Shown here: positions 13,101-26,111 of the stretch, piece after piece
Layout of the letters: the number at the start of each line of letters is the position of its first letter
How positions within the stretch are numbered: position 1 is the first letter of the stretch
Assembly (NCBI GenBank): GCA_000708835.1
Contig: DF237023.1
Coordinates: 62,001-126,000 of the forward strand
From: Klebsormidium nitens
Lineage: Eukaryota; Plantae; Klebsormidiophyceae
Length of the DNA stretch: 64,000 bases
Direction of reading: 5' to 3'
Made by a program: the position numbers and the translations under genes
The notes under the pieces: generated by a model
What the model saw: the letters and a program-made list of their open reading frames with translations, nothing else
The model's database searches: none
Told to the model about the DNA's origin: nothing

Positions 13101-15674
13101 CGAACCGTCTGATCGAGCTTGTAAATTTCGTCCTGCAGTAGGCCTAATGTTAAGGGACTTAAGGCGGACAAATAATACGATAAACGATGGACGGGCAGCA
13201 ACGACTTGACTAACCAGCCTTGCGAACGCCACAGCTCCCTGCGCGCCGAGATGACATAAGACCCCTTATTGAACGGGAAAATACAACATTTAAGCAGTCC
13301 CGAAGAATGAACACCCAGGCGCATGCCAAAAGGGGGGCAGATTGTGAGAGTTGCCTCACCTTCTTCAGATTCAGGTCTGCAACCGGGACGAAATCCAGTG
13401 GGTGGGCGTAGTGGTTATCGTCCGGGTGGGTTCTCACGTACATGAACAGCTGGATGACGCGCCCGAGACCGCTGGGCGCATCGTTTACTGCACGCCACAC
13501 ATTCCGGCTTTGAGTCTTCATGGCAGTTTTGATAAAGCTGCTTGCGTTGTAGGAACAATGTGTGTGGCGGACTTCAGTTCATTCCTAGTCGGTCACCCGA
13601 GAGAGATGTGTGTCGACTTTGAAGTGCGCTCTAAGTAGCCCGCTTCAGGCCAAAAGTCCCTGCTGATTTTAGCTGGAAGGCCCTTCAGCTTCTCATTCCG
13701 GCTGGCTGTCTGAAATGGTCCATACTACCCAACAAGCCTGCAATACACAATGCTGGCAGACTGTTTGACGCTTCTCGCCTCAGTACACTCAGCGTTTCAC
13801 TTTGTCCGCCTCTTGTCATGTAGGAATCCTGCCAGCGGCTTTTGGCCCCAGCCAGGGTTTTCCGGCGCTAGCTGGCATCCGGCAGGTCGCCTCCGTGCCA
13901 CCTCGAACGACTTAGAAGCTCATTTCCAAATCAGCAGAGGCTTGCTCAAAATGAGCAGGCAAGGAGAGGAGAAAACAGATCACTTACCACTCCATGGATC
14001 GCAAGCCACAAGGTCCAATTGCGTGATGTTCCGCTCCTTGAGTAGGGCTTGTACTTCAGCATCGGCCTTGGTGATTGCTTCCGCCAGCTCGCAGTCGTCA
14101 GGGGAGGCCAAGGGTTCGGCGTCTTGCTTCTGCGAGCGGCATTTGCCTTCAGCAGCTGCTTAACATAGATAATCAGACTGCGTTGACCTTCATGCTCATG
14201 CACTTTGCCCCTTCCTCACCACCGAATGCCCAGACACACCGCTTTCAGGTCAACAGGTCAAACGAGCACAGTCGCGGACATCAGATGAGGCTATCAAGCG
14301 TCACAGCACTGCTTACTCATCAGCTATTGGATTGAAGGCAATGTCACCATCATCAAGTGTACTGAAAATGCATGGGGCCCTTTTTCGAAACGCGCTCTCA
14401 CACAGAGTTTAGTGCAATAAGGAAACAGACCTCGTCCCAACTGGAGACGGAAGGTGGCGAGCTGCTCAAGTCCACAATGACTTCCACAAGGGGCAGTTTG
14501 GGCCAGCATTGGATGATGGCAAACGCGCAGCGGGGTGGCACAGAATCCTCGTTGGCCTCGTAAGAGACCAGCTCCTTCTTTGCAGGCTCCTGCGTCAGCA
14601 GAAAAAGATTCCGTTGAGCACTCCGGTGACTCGAGATCGTTTTAAGGGCCAATCATTTTGAGGTGAGCGCGCGGCGGGACGATCGGGGCTAGCTTGGGGT
14701 TAGGGTCGGCAGGGTGCGAAGCACATAATGTTTTTAGTTAAGATTTTCAGTTGTGGTGCCCGGGGCTTGTGTGTCTTGAAACAATTCCAATTACTACAGA
14801 TTAGAGTTACTAGTATCCGTTGGCCGGGCGTGCGGTGCACCTCGTGTAACATAACTTGAGATGAGACGGGGAAGGTGGCTCGTCTATTTTTTGGTAGCCC
14901 TTCTGTATTCAAAAAGCGCAGTAAGGCGGGGATGATTTATTCGCGCACTCCTGACGCATTGGAGACCGCAGGTGACTCTTTGATTGCCCGCTGTTTCAAA
15001 CCTTGCAGTTTGCTGCTTTCACGGCAGCTTGATCGTTGATCATTTCAAACTGATGAACTTGACTCCTGTGCTCGCGAGTAGTGTTTGTGTTTCCTTGATG
15101 AGCCTTGAATGCTTGACCACGGCAAAATAGTCCTGGCTCTATGCTTCCTCCCCTGAGTTGGCAAAGCGCCACATTGGCGTCTTAAAGTGTATTTGCCTGG
15201 CACCAGAAGCAGGCACTGTTCGGCGTGGAAAAATCATGTCTCAAATGCTGAAGTCCTTCAGGAAATCCACGACATGTCACCCAATGGGCAAGGCGTCAGC
15301 AACGCCTCAAGAAGAAGACAAATGGAGTCAACCACATCAATGAAAGCCAGACATTCGGTTGGGGAGCAATCTACCGGCAATCAACAATGCTGGCATGATT
15401 AGCACATCCAGGCCCTAATTGGATACAGAATGATCATCAGAATTTTAAGAAAGCCCATGTGCAGAATACCTATATATATTATGGGACAGCTGGAATTGCA
15501 CACGCTTTCTTGTTTGGTCAGGAAGATGAAAACTAAGCTCCACACCTTGAGGGTGATCGTGTTGAAGCGCAGGTTTTCGAGCCCCTTCTCCAGCACTGCG
15601 GTGCGCACCGCTGCGGCGGTGGCCTGAATCTCAGCAAAAGATAGTGGGTCCAGCGGGTGTGCAAACTTTGCCAT
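7166..15674 (-). CDS. Copper-containing amine oxidase (TPQ-dependent)
   Basis: Exons on minus: 15674-15546, 14589-14431, 14129-13988, 13487-13360, 12944-12715, 12056-11935, 11637-11545, 10895-10745, 9864-9639, 8891-8726, 8049-7850, 7435-7166. Motifs: HPLDPL; catalytic-Asp region [22 protein letters not shown]; TPQ precursor motif VVN-Y-E-Y; Cu ligands AQHHQH and GISH..EDFPVMP. Confidence 0.95.
8014..8320 (-). repeat. Two intronic copies of an amine oxidase acceptor plus exon start (acceptor echo, period about 124-129 bp)
   Basis: Real minus-strand TATGCAG|GCAAGCCGGTGGCATATAAGCTGGTGGGCACGCCC (acceptor 8050-8052) recurs with acceptors at 8174-8176 (38/42 identical by hand) and 8303-8305 (35/42). 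Both copies keep CAG. Confidence 0.9.
9979..10080 (-). repeat. Intronic degenerate copy of an amine oxidase acceptor plus first ~95 nt of the exon, 210 bp upstream of the real acceptor
   Basis: Copy CAG|GTTTGCTTCGACAACTGGTACTTTTTGCAGGACGGCACAATCCGAGTTCGAAATCGAACTGACGGGGAACTGA versus real CAG|GTACAACTTCAACTGGTATTTCCAGCAAGACGGCACCATCGAGTTCGAGATCAAACTGACGGGCGAACTGA. The copy has small indels and a stop. Confidence 0.85.
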
Positions 15675-15727
15675 TACAGCTTTCTGAGTGTGTGCTCTAT
15701 AGGATGGATTCGCAGAAAGGAAACCTG

Positions 15728-15860
15728 GTTATGCTAGGTGACTTTGACCTGTTAGGCTCGAACAGTCGCGGTAACGCGTATAGCAGTCCCGATGCTCCAG
15801 CTGATGAGCTCGGTATGCTCAGGTTATACACTCAAAAAAAAAAAGTTAGGCTCGAACAGT
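15728..15860. repeat. About 94-bp-period direct repeat upstream of the amine oxidase start
   Basis: GTTAGGCTCGAACAGT is exact at 15751-15766 and 15845-15860. Each copy is preceded by GGT(T)ATGCT(C)AGGT, and the second copy follows an A10 run. Confidence 0.7.
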
Positions 15861-18800
15861 GTGCAGGCCACACGAGATCCGATCAGTTACGGAGTGCTCA
15901 AACCACAGTGCGCGCCGCCATTTGCTTGGGCCTGCTGAAGGAGACAAGAACAGAAAAACGCCTTTCCTGTTGCCTGCCTGCCTTCCGTCACAAACTCCCT
16001 TCTATACTGTTGGCGCCCTAAGGCTCATCCAATAGGGCCCGGGAGCTCCTGGCCAAGATCCTCAGGAGTCAGGGACCGAGGGAGTAAAGAAACTAGGTAG
16101 TACCGTACTAGCTAGTAGGGAGGTACCTAGTATGAATCGTCAGGGCTTGCGTGACGCGTCCAGTCGCGCCATGTTTCGTTCCGCCGCGGCACAGTGCACA
16201 AGGCTGCAGAGTCCAGACTTCATGCAGAGCACTGCACTGCCAGCAGCACTTGCGGCTCGACTCTCGGAACATCCATCATCAGCTGCATGTCTGTATGTAA
16301 TATGTATGTATGTATACTTCTTTTATAAGGCCGTAGCATTGAAGCCATGGACCTGGTAACCAGTACACGTTTTGTTATTATGAGTTTGGACGTTAGAATC
16401 AAGAAGCTACTCTACTATTATGCTAAATTGTCGTATATTACCAGAGTCCTAACCGGTTTTGAATCGTCATCATGCACATCATGAGTCATGACGACTCTAA
16501 AGTCCCTCCATCACATCGACGGCTGGGTTCCTCGATAGCCTCCCTTGTATAGCCACGTGTCGTGCGGCTCTGTTCTTGGGAGTATTTGAAAAGGAGCTAC
16601 CTACTCCAAAATGAGCTCCGATGGCGCTCCGCAACCACTAGTCGATAATATATAATGGTAATCAGAACCGCAGCCCGAAATCGTCTTGGTTTCCTTCTCG
16701 GGTGGTTCGAGTAGGTATGCCGACCCCCCGAGTGACTTCCCCGGGCCGGCATGGCAAAACCCTACGGCAATCCGCCAGTTGGCAGCGGCGAACTCATCCC
16801 TAGGTTTCCGTGTTGCCAGCCAGAAGCCTGACACTGACAGTGAGGGAGTTCGCAAACTGCAGTGTGCAGTGTGCACACTGCACAGTGCACTGTGGACTCT
16901 GGAGGCTGGAGCAACTTACTTTGGGGAACGTTCACCTACACTGCTACTGTACATATATTATTGTGAAGTTGGAACGTGATAATAGCACTACTGAAACTTG
17001 AAAGTCTTGACCCGCGGTAGTTCCCCCAGCACAGCAATATAACAGCAATATAGTTATTGAGGGGACCAACCAGCTGACTTGTACGCGGACGAATTCTTCA
17101 CAGGCAGATCTCAGTGTCTCTGAAGGCTTAATCTAAGAACGAGGGCAAGCCGCTGCTCAGTGGTTCCAAGGGTGCATCCAACGTCCCGGCTCACCTCGAG
17201 TTTTTACGGCCAACTGTAGCATCCGCTTAGCTTCTTAGAAAGGAGTGCAAGATGGTGAAGTGCGGGGAATATGACATATCAAGCGAGTATGAATGCATCA
17301 CATGTGAGTACTATTTTTATCGGTATTTCTGAGCTGGCAGTGCGAGTGGTGGAGATTGCTTCAGGTTCCTCCGTTTTGACATCATCATGATTATGGTTGC
17401 ACCAGCGGTTGCGGCACTGATGCTTTGCATTTTCATGGGGATCTTCTTCCCTTGCTACTCTAAAAGCCTTGTAAAGAGGTTTGCGCCAAAGCTTAACGGT
17501 GTACAAGGTGAACCTTACACGCGAGGGGTTCAGGCGGTTTAGCTGATTTGAGCGTCACGGTTGGCAGGAGCATACAAGCTGAATGCGGAGGAGCAATCGC
17601 TAAAAGATTCTTTCTTGCTCAGAAATCGGCTATTAGCACTTTGTACGTAAACATACTTTTCAAGCGCTGAATGACTATGATGAACGGTCTAGTTCGTCCT
17701 TGTACAATTCACTTGGCTCAAGGGGAGTGCTCAGGGCCGCTTGGACAAACGCGGTCATACATCTTGAGCTCAAAGGCTTGAGCACCTAGACGTACAAATG
17801 TGTAGAATAATTGTGATATCGTTCACGTGTAACTGGACAATAAGAGACCTGGTGAAGCTGCATATTAATTGTGAACATGATTAGGTTCCTCAGTGTTCCC
17901 GCCTATTGTGAACGTCTTGCATTTCGGGCTCATTATATCTGCTAGCGCTAGTATATGAGGATGTTCTTGAGTACAGAGGTTGTTGTTGACCAGCGAATCA
18001 AATGGCCCCGATTGCTCTGCATGGTCTACAGTGTCTTATTATCTAGTTTGCCCACTACAACTTCCATTCTGCTGGCATTTGAAGACATATATGCGACTTA
18101 TATTTTGTATTGTTAGTAACGACGTTCTGCATATAGCATTAATTTAATTTAAGCTTGGCTTTATTTAGGACTCTCCTATAATCGATGATATAAGCAGTTT
18201 TTAAGGTCGATATACTTTTGGAGGTTAGGTACTTTTGATGCACATCAACTACAGTGCCACTTTCTTACACCTAGACCGTTGTGCACCTTGACTCTAACCT
18301 TGACATGGGGCTTGAGACTAGCGTGACAGCATATCCCGCAAGACAGTATCTGTGAAGAATGTCAACCAGATCTGTGAAAGAGGCTTAGGTCGTACGCTTT
18401 TGCGTTCCCAACTATGATAGTATGAAACCCGTCTGAATTATAGCTTGCATGACATAGTGATGTGTTAGGCCATGAGATTGACATACGGAATGATGTGTCC
18501 AGCTTTACTTCTGTCGAGTCGCTGTGGCTTGAGATCTTACTTTATTCACCAACAAAAGTCTGCACACAATCGATGGAAGTGCACTGTGCATCTTGGCATC
18601 TGAAAGCAAATCAGCACCAACTTGAACAACGTTAATATAGAAAAATGTACCGGATATGTATACGATTCTCAAGCTATGTTGCAAGCAGTTTTACTTCAGC
18701 AACGTCCTCATCGCTACCACCAACGGGGAGCGTGACTCTCTTAAATTTCGTCGAACGAGTCCGCCTATGCATTTGCAGAGCGCAAAGTCATTCTCCTATG

Positions 18801-20753
18801 TCGAAGGAGAGCGTATTGAGACGAAGGAGAGTTACAGTGGTTCTCGATCGGGGCAGATGTCTGAGATTCAGTCAAGCTAAGCACACGCGCCTCGGAGGAG
18901 GTCGCTTGCATGAGCGGCCTTTCCGGCTAATTTGCAAAGCTCACAGCGCATATCATATGGTCTGGAGGCATACACGGCCAGGATGAAGGCGATCCTAAGA
19001 TCCTGGACAAACTTAGCCCACTTGAACTCCAAATGAATTTCCGTGTCATCAATGCGACTTCTTCACGTTCCTTCAGCAGTGGGATGCTCCCGCCCGCCTG
19101 TCTGCGGCGGCTCACAGGAGTCATAGGTCTACCCTCGGCCCAGGATGGCGGAGCAGGCCTGCTGACCTGGCAATCCAAGGCGTGTTCCTGGTCCGACTTC
19201 GAGGGGGAGCGGTTCGTCAGACTTTCTCGTCGAAGCTGTTCGAAAGGCCGAAGTTGTACGGCGCTATGGCGCTCCTCGCGGCATCATGGCGCTGCCGTCG
19301 CGCGGGCTGAGATCCCTCGCCGCAAGCGTCCAATTCGCAACGAGGAACCATAAGGGAAAAGATGAGACATAGTTGACAGGTGCGACGATCAAACAAGCTT
19401 CGAACGCCGTCCGGAATGGCTCCCAGATATGCTGATTGATGATTCATTTCTAGTGGTTCCGCACATCCCTATTTCTGTACTGCGGACCTGTGAGTGTGGT
19501 GCAGGCCCTGAGACCTTCATATTCCACCTTCGAATTGGCAGCAGCCAGTACGTATATCTGGTCGGCGTGCATCTACCCCTCTTCCGAATTGAAAACGCGA
19601 GGTCTGATCAATTGACTTCGTCGAAGCAGAATTGGGCTTCCAAAGCTTCGACGTTGAGACCGACGTCAATCAATTGGTCTCTGAATCCAGCGATGTCAAG
19701 GCAAATTTTGACTCCCTTTCCAGCCCGGACAGATTGCTCTCCCATTGCTGAGTTCGACGCCTTCTTCGAGCCCTTGATTCTCGACATCTGGAAGGGGGGC
19801 GGCTAAAGCCCTGGACCGTTCATCATTAGGAAGTCGGAACGGCTGCTTCTCGCGCATGCCGCCGGATACAGTGCGCCTCCCCCGGCTAGCCCTTCTTTCT
19901 GAACACGTGCAATATTTTCCACATCCTTTTGGGCTCTATTTATTCTGTCAACTCTCTTTATATATTAGGTTAGTCTGGTGCCGGCTGTAAGAGATCTTGC
20001 AGCAAGAAGAGATGCATATAACAGTTGCAACAACAAAGGCACAGTACGTCAATATACTCCCCTAAATGACTACCGCGTTTTGATGCTCTGATGTACGTAT
20101 TATGAATCACAGCACCGGGAGCTAGGCGGTGGGAGAATTGCCAGCGCCATTCACTCAATGGAGTCCCGCGGCATAAGTGACTGCAGCTTCAAACGACCAT
20201 GGACACTGAACAGGTATACTGCGTGGACACATCTAGATTCCACATGCAGAGCATAAGTGGATCGCGGACATGCCGCCCAACAGGGACAATATCATGCAGT
20301 TATGTTCATTACTCAACCACTATGGTTTGAACTCTAGTAAAAAAATGCAAGTACATCAACGAACATATGTCCGAAGTGACTCCACGGACCATATGTAAGT
20401 TGACGCTTAATGGACTTTCTTTTCTCTTAGGTTTAATAAGAGCCTCCCAAACAACTGTTTTGATCCTGAGCCGCCCTTCACAGATCCACTGAACTTGCAT
20501 GACACGATTAACTAGATTGACTAGCTGCCTCAACAGCCGTTGTACTTGCGCATGCACATATTATGTACACCTAGGTATTAATGTACCGTTGGGTTCCATG
20601 GCCGGAACTCCTTTCTATGCAAATGGTACTCAGATACTTGGTTGAATGTAAGCTGAATCTCGTAGACCCCCGCGGGCGGTCTTCACAATTGCTTGGCCAC
20701 CCCCGTTTCTAAACCCCGCCCCCCGTCCTCCCCCCCCCGCAAATCGTGTCAAC

Positions 20754-23700
20754 TCAATACATTGTTAACCATTTCGAAGCTACCCACTTCTCCCCCTCTA
20801 GCACCCGGCTGCCAGCTGCAGATGACAAAGAAATCCACAAAGTGTAAACAAGACGTAGATATTTATTATCCATTCTGGCATCCTGAAGTGTGGTACTAAC
20901 ACGCGATGCTTGAGCGCAGCCTTAACCTCCTTCAGGCAAAAGCAACTATCAATATCCTTAAAGCAAGTGGTAACATCAAACGTGGCCCCTGTAGCGCCCA
21001 GCTCACGATTGAGGAGCAACAAAGGTGGACTGCTTATCGTCACGACCAGGTTTGGTCGGGAAGCAATTCTCCTACCGCGTTATCGATCACGACAGATGTA
21101 AGGATGTGGAGAAAGCCCCAACGGTTGCATGGAACGATGACAGCGCTGAAGCAACCTGTATGGCTTTCGAACTGCGAGGATTGGAAGAGAAGTCGGAAGT
21201 AGGAACACTTGACCCGACTCTGCACTCCCTTGTCAATTCAGCTACTCACCATGCAGGCTGCACGGGTCTTCCTGACCCTGGGGCGTGCGGCTAAAGAACA
21301 TCATTGCTTTTCCCTGCACAACAGGCGGACAGCCGTTGATTGAGAAACAAGCAATGATAGCGCAAGTGACCCTGTCACCAGCTTCTCAAGTCTGGTAATG
21401 AAAACAGGCAGCTGAGTTTCTCTGAATGCACCACTAGAACCTGCCTTGCAGGCCAATACAGGAACGCGAAGAAACCAATGAGGATCGGTGGCCTCCTAGA
21501 GCACCAATCCCCGAACTCCTTCTGCATCTTACCAACCAGAAAAACTGGCTTTGAAACAGAACAGGGAGGTTAAGACGGGCAAAGAGTTACCTTCGAAGGT
21601 TTCACCCCAAACCCGACGGCTTCGCTCTGGAGAAGGGACCCTTTCGGGAAGTACGTTTCGCCCCCCGAGTCAACGTCCGACAGGAACCTGGAGGCAAAAC
21701 CAGGTGGTTCAGCACACAACCCAGTCCGTTAAGAAGTCAACTCGATGAGACGCAAACTGGCTCTGGTTTTGAGGACACGGCACCCCACACATACTGACAG
21801 TTCCCGTTCAATGGCACAGACCCTCTTTACAATCCCCTCAACCGTCCAGAGACGATATTTCGATCACGGTGCAAGGAGACGCACGTGAACTTAAGCCAAA
21901 CCAAACGCCGCTTTCGTCTCTTTGCGGTCGGCAACTGACAGAACGCCGCTGCTGCGGTTCTACTTGAATGTAATGAGCATCAACAAAGTGCTTGTTGACG
22001 TCCCCTTTATTCTCTTTACTCCCAGCCTCTTTGCCGTAGAAGGAACGTGCCTTTGAAGTTCGAAACGGACGCTCCAGATACACTTTGTATCCGATAAGAG
22101 CGGGAATGGTAATTGTTCAAGAAACCAACAAAAGCAACTAAATAAGTCCAGATTGGAAGACCCAGAACGACAGCGCAGCGGTGAGGCTTACATCAGGATT
22201 GTGGCGGCCCGCTTGGTGCAATCCCCGGCTTCGTTGTCATCTGCAAGCAAGAGACGGCGGCGCCGCTCAGCAGATCCTGATAAGTGGTATTCCACTCAAA
22301 GAACTATTCATGCAGGCTTTGCGGTCGAGTCAGTTGCATTTTTGCTTTTTTCCTTCAATCTGAGACGCGGAACTCGAAACTGCGACTGTTATCCTTGACA
22401 GCAGTCCTCCTTTTATTCAGGTCCACCTATCGGCCGACCCCCATAGAAATAGGTGATTCACGGGGATGTGAAGGGCGGGAGGCTTACAGTGCGGCTTGAA
22501 TCTTTCACCAGGAAGGTACCGGATAATCTGCACAGAAGCAGCCGTGTCAGAACCACGTGACAAAAGAACGTGCAAGCGCATTGATGTACTCAGTGCCCAA
22601 TGCTCAAGCTGATCCATGGAGCAACATGGCGACGGGCCATGTCCAATGTGAACAACTCCGACCTTGTGTTGTCTGCTTAATAAGTACGAATTCGAAGGAA
22701 CTTCCTGACACAACAAAACACCAATCAAGTCTCAATGACCTTTTTTCAAGGTCATCAGAACACGACCGCAGATTCCAAAACCCTTCCAAGAACACAGCCC
22801 ATCACCACAGCCAACGGTCGCCAAACCCCGTTCCTGACGCAAAAAGTCTGCAGAACAAGCTCTGATTATCTGGAAATATTATCTCCAATAATCAGCAAGA
22901 ATCCGAGTCTCCGCCTAGCGCACCTGTAGCCGCTCCCGATCCGATCCCAGCCGCGTTCCGATGATCCCCCCGTACAGCAGGCAGCGCCGCTCAACGGCCG
23001 CCACGATGGGATCGTCCGACAGCTCGCCCGTCATGAACATGCTCCACGACGTCCGGTTCTCGGACACTGCGCGGCCGGACACCAACGACCTGCCCGAAAC
23101 GAGACGGCTAGCTCTAATGTTTCTTCTGCATAAGCTTCTTTAAACCGTTCTGTATTGATTGTAACGCTGTTACTAAAACCACACTCTGGGGCCTTGAAGG
23201 TGGCATCAGGAGACGGCAACATAATGACAGCCGGACATAAACCAACCTCTGAATTGCTGTGCATACGCAACGTTTTAGCATATCGCCATTGCAAGGTGCT
23301 GCTAACCGAGGCTGATGCCCCATTCTGGAAAAAAGGACCGCGAAGCTGTATCAGGCGGCTAGATCTAGGATATGCGGTCAAAACCCGCTCACCTTTTTAG
23401 GTTCGGTCCGGCCATTGCAATGAGGTGCTCGCACTCCATTTCAGATAAAAAGTTCTTGAACGTCACCAGCTTCGGCTTAAGGCTGACCAGCTCCGCCCCC
23501 CCCAGAACGTGCGAGTGAGAAAACCCGATCGTGCAGAGGGGGCGCGATGTGCTGGCCAAAGTGGGGGGGGGCGACTTCCATAGGCTGCGCCCCTCATCGC
23601 TGTAATCTGTTCGGGGGAAGGGAACCACCATGACATGAATAGTAAAGAATAAAAGATCAGCGAGCTTCTGCTTTCAGAACAGTTTGGTTGATTATTTGCC

Positions 23701-24747
23701 GAGTTGGAACAAGCTGTCGTCTTGTAAGCGTTGCATGCACTCTTGTTAACAAAAACGCAACAGTAAGGAAAGCAGTTGCGGAGACCAAGGACTAGTGATC
23801 GAATCAGGTCGTCGCTCCAAAAGACTTGGGCTAGAAGATACACTAGGCCAATGGGGCAGCTTTGGAGGTGTTGACAGACAATAAAACTCAGACGCCCAAC
23901 ATTACGCACTACACGAGCCCGAGAAAGCTTAGCACGAAACGAGCTGATACATAGTTGGAAAGTCAGATTTACGAAATAGGAAAGAGAGAGAGAAAAGCTT
24001 CGAAAATGGAGAAGGGATCCGCACCTCGGAACAGAACGAGGTCTCCCGCTAGAAGATCTCCTTCTGCATAGCCGCTGGCGGGGTCGAGGCACTCTTCCAG
24101 GACGATGAGACCGCCCGAATTCCACTCGTCGCTGTTGCGGCTACGGAAGCGATGGCAGGCGTCTGGAGGGAGCAATGGAAAGTTTGACAGAGCGGATAGG
24201 CAAGAAGAGATAGTCTCTATTACACCGCTCGTGTAGTTCTTCGGTCACAATGCCACACATGGGAACACACACCACGGGGCTGGGTTAGGATGTAACGATA
24301 CGTCAGAAGAACGTTCAAGAGACGCACACACAAACTGCAGCTCTGACAAGACGCAGCTGCACAGTTGGAGCAATACCCAGTCCTCCACAAAGGATTCCCA
24401 ATCGAGCCATACCCTGGAATTTTATCAAAGGTAGTGTAGCGATGTACGAAGCAGGGACGGTGTAAGTGACTGGAAGTTGGTACAAAAGGACTTCAAATTG
24501 AAACATAAAGCTAATGACAAAAAATAATGTAGCGGAAAGAAAGAAAGGTGACAGGATGGCGGTGAGAAGGGGAGAGGAAGAGCAGCGACTTGAGGAGGAT
24601 CAGCGGAGCAGAATAGAGGAGGCGAAAACTTAGGCAAGAGCATCTGTCCTTACCAACATGGAGTGTGCGTAAGGGATCCCGACTCCGAAGCGAAACTCGC
24701 AGCCTGATAGGATTCCGCTTGAATGAGAAGAGTCCCAGATTGAGCAT
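20754..24747 (-). CDS. Prolyl 4-hydroxylase-like 2-oxoglutarate/Fe(II) dioxygenase; start codon uncertain
   Basis: Exons on minus: (24747)-24654, 24162-24025, 23606-23393, 23089-22924, 22527-22488, 22240-22192, 21687-21591, 21313-21250, 20815-20754. Motifs: ELVSLKPKLVTFKNFLSEMECEHLI, ENRTSWSMF, LQIIRY..GE.FKPH-Y-D (HxD), FLSDVDSGGETYFP, SLHAG..V.EGEKWVASKW (distal His and 2OG-binding Lys). Confidence 0.85.
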
Positions 24748-25170
24748 GCGGAGCCGCACCACCACGTGCTTAAGAGCGGAGCCAGCAACAATGTGCAGTT
24801 GCCTGCAACAAAAAAATCTTGATAATTTTTGATGCCTGAGGGAGGCGACATAGTTGAGTACTGCAAAAGATCTAGAAAGCTCGTAAAACAGCAGGAACCA
24901 CGGTCCCATGAAAAGAGACCCTGCCCCTGCTTAATCAGAATCTTACAGCCACACGGAAGATCTAGCGAGAATCGAAAAGTTGATTGGAACCAGAGAACTT
25001 TACGCCACAGATTCTCAAATAGACCGCGCATTTGAGGAAGGAAAAGGAATACCAGACCGCCATCGTGGTAAACTGACAGACTTTTGAAAGCGGAAGGTTC
25101 ACAGGACGTCAGCTGTCGGGGCGTTTGGGTTTGCCAAAACCCCAATTCTGAGGACCCTAAAGACCCTTTC

Positions 25171-25208
25171 CTGACTAGGAATAGAGCCCCTGACTAGGAA
25201 TAGAGCCC
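25171..25208. repeat. Perfect 19-bp tandem duplication
   Basis: CTGACTAGGAATAGAGCCC twice in a row (25171-25189 and 25190-25208), in the region upstream of the P4H-like gene. Confidence 0.85.
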
Positions 25209-26111
25209 CCAGTTCTCGTCAGAGTGTGTCCTTCCTTTTAATTGGACGACTGTCCGGCAATCTGAGCATTCTAAGGCCCTGCAACTTGCAAGGCTAGGTA
25301 TTCGCAGCGTCCAGGACGCAGGCAAGACAAAGCTCACCAAGAGAAACCTGCCAACTGGAAGGGTGTGGACGTCGCAACGCCGTACTGCTCTTTGAGCAAC
25401 TTGGAAAAGTCGTGTACCACCCACTGCGCATAATCAGCTCTCGCCCCTGCAAGCAAGGCACCCAGGACATGTTTCAAAGACGAGAGCTTCTCACGCTTGC
25501 GCTCCTATCAGCGTCCTGCAGATTCAGAAGATGCACCTACCACCGTGGTCCGCAGTTGTTGAGAAACCCATCTGACTAACTGAAGCAAAGGATGTTGGTA
25601 GTATGAGCTGACAGATTTTGATATCAACAGCCTGATTAGACCGAATTCCCTCATCCCGGATAGTCTGGCAACAAATGTCTCTGTGAGGTGGGCTTCCAAA
25701 GGCTCTCTTGCTCAGATAAGCAGCTCAGGTCTCAAACAACAATAACAACCTTTTCTTGAGTTTACTCTGATAATTCTGACTGTCACAGTGTTTGATTTCT
25801 TCCCTGTCTCACATCGATTCATGACAAGCGGCGGTCTTTGGGCTGAAACACTGAAGGAGGTCCCCCAAGAATGATCAGAAGGTTGGGGCCCCATGCTGGA
25901 CTGGTAATTCCAGATTGTATTAGCAGGATATTGATTAGGATACATAAGCCCCGGGCACCTCAGGTAAAACCCCTAACTCAAAATACTGCGCGCTCCGCAC
26001 CCGCACCCGCACCCACCCCAACCCCCAAAATGACCGCACCCGTCCCGGGTGCTCTCCTTAAAACAATCGGCCCTTAAGATACTCAAGAGATACCAGAGTC
26101 CCCACGCTCAC

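Noticed and set aside
16135-16225. Short upstream ORF (MKSGLCSLVH...) ahead of the amine oxidase
   Set aside because: The transcription start and 5' UTR splicing are unknown, so it cannot be placed in the mRNA.
16400-18600. Transposon or viral ORFs in the AT-richer intergenic gap
   Set aside because: Only short ORFs are present, with no transposase, RT, integrase or viral motif recognised, and no terminal repeats found.
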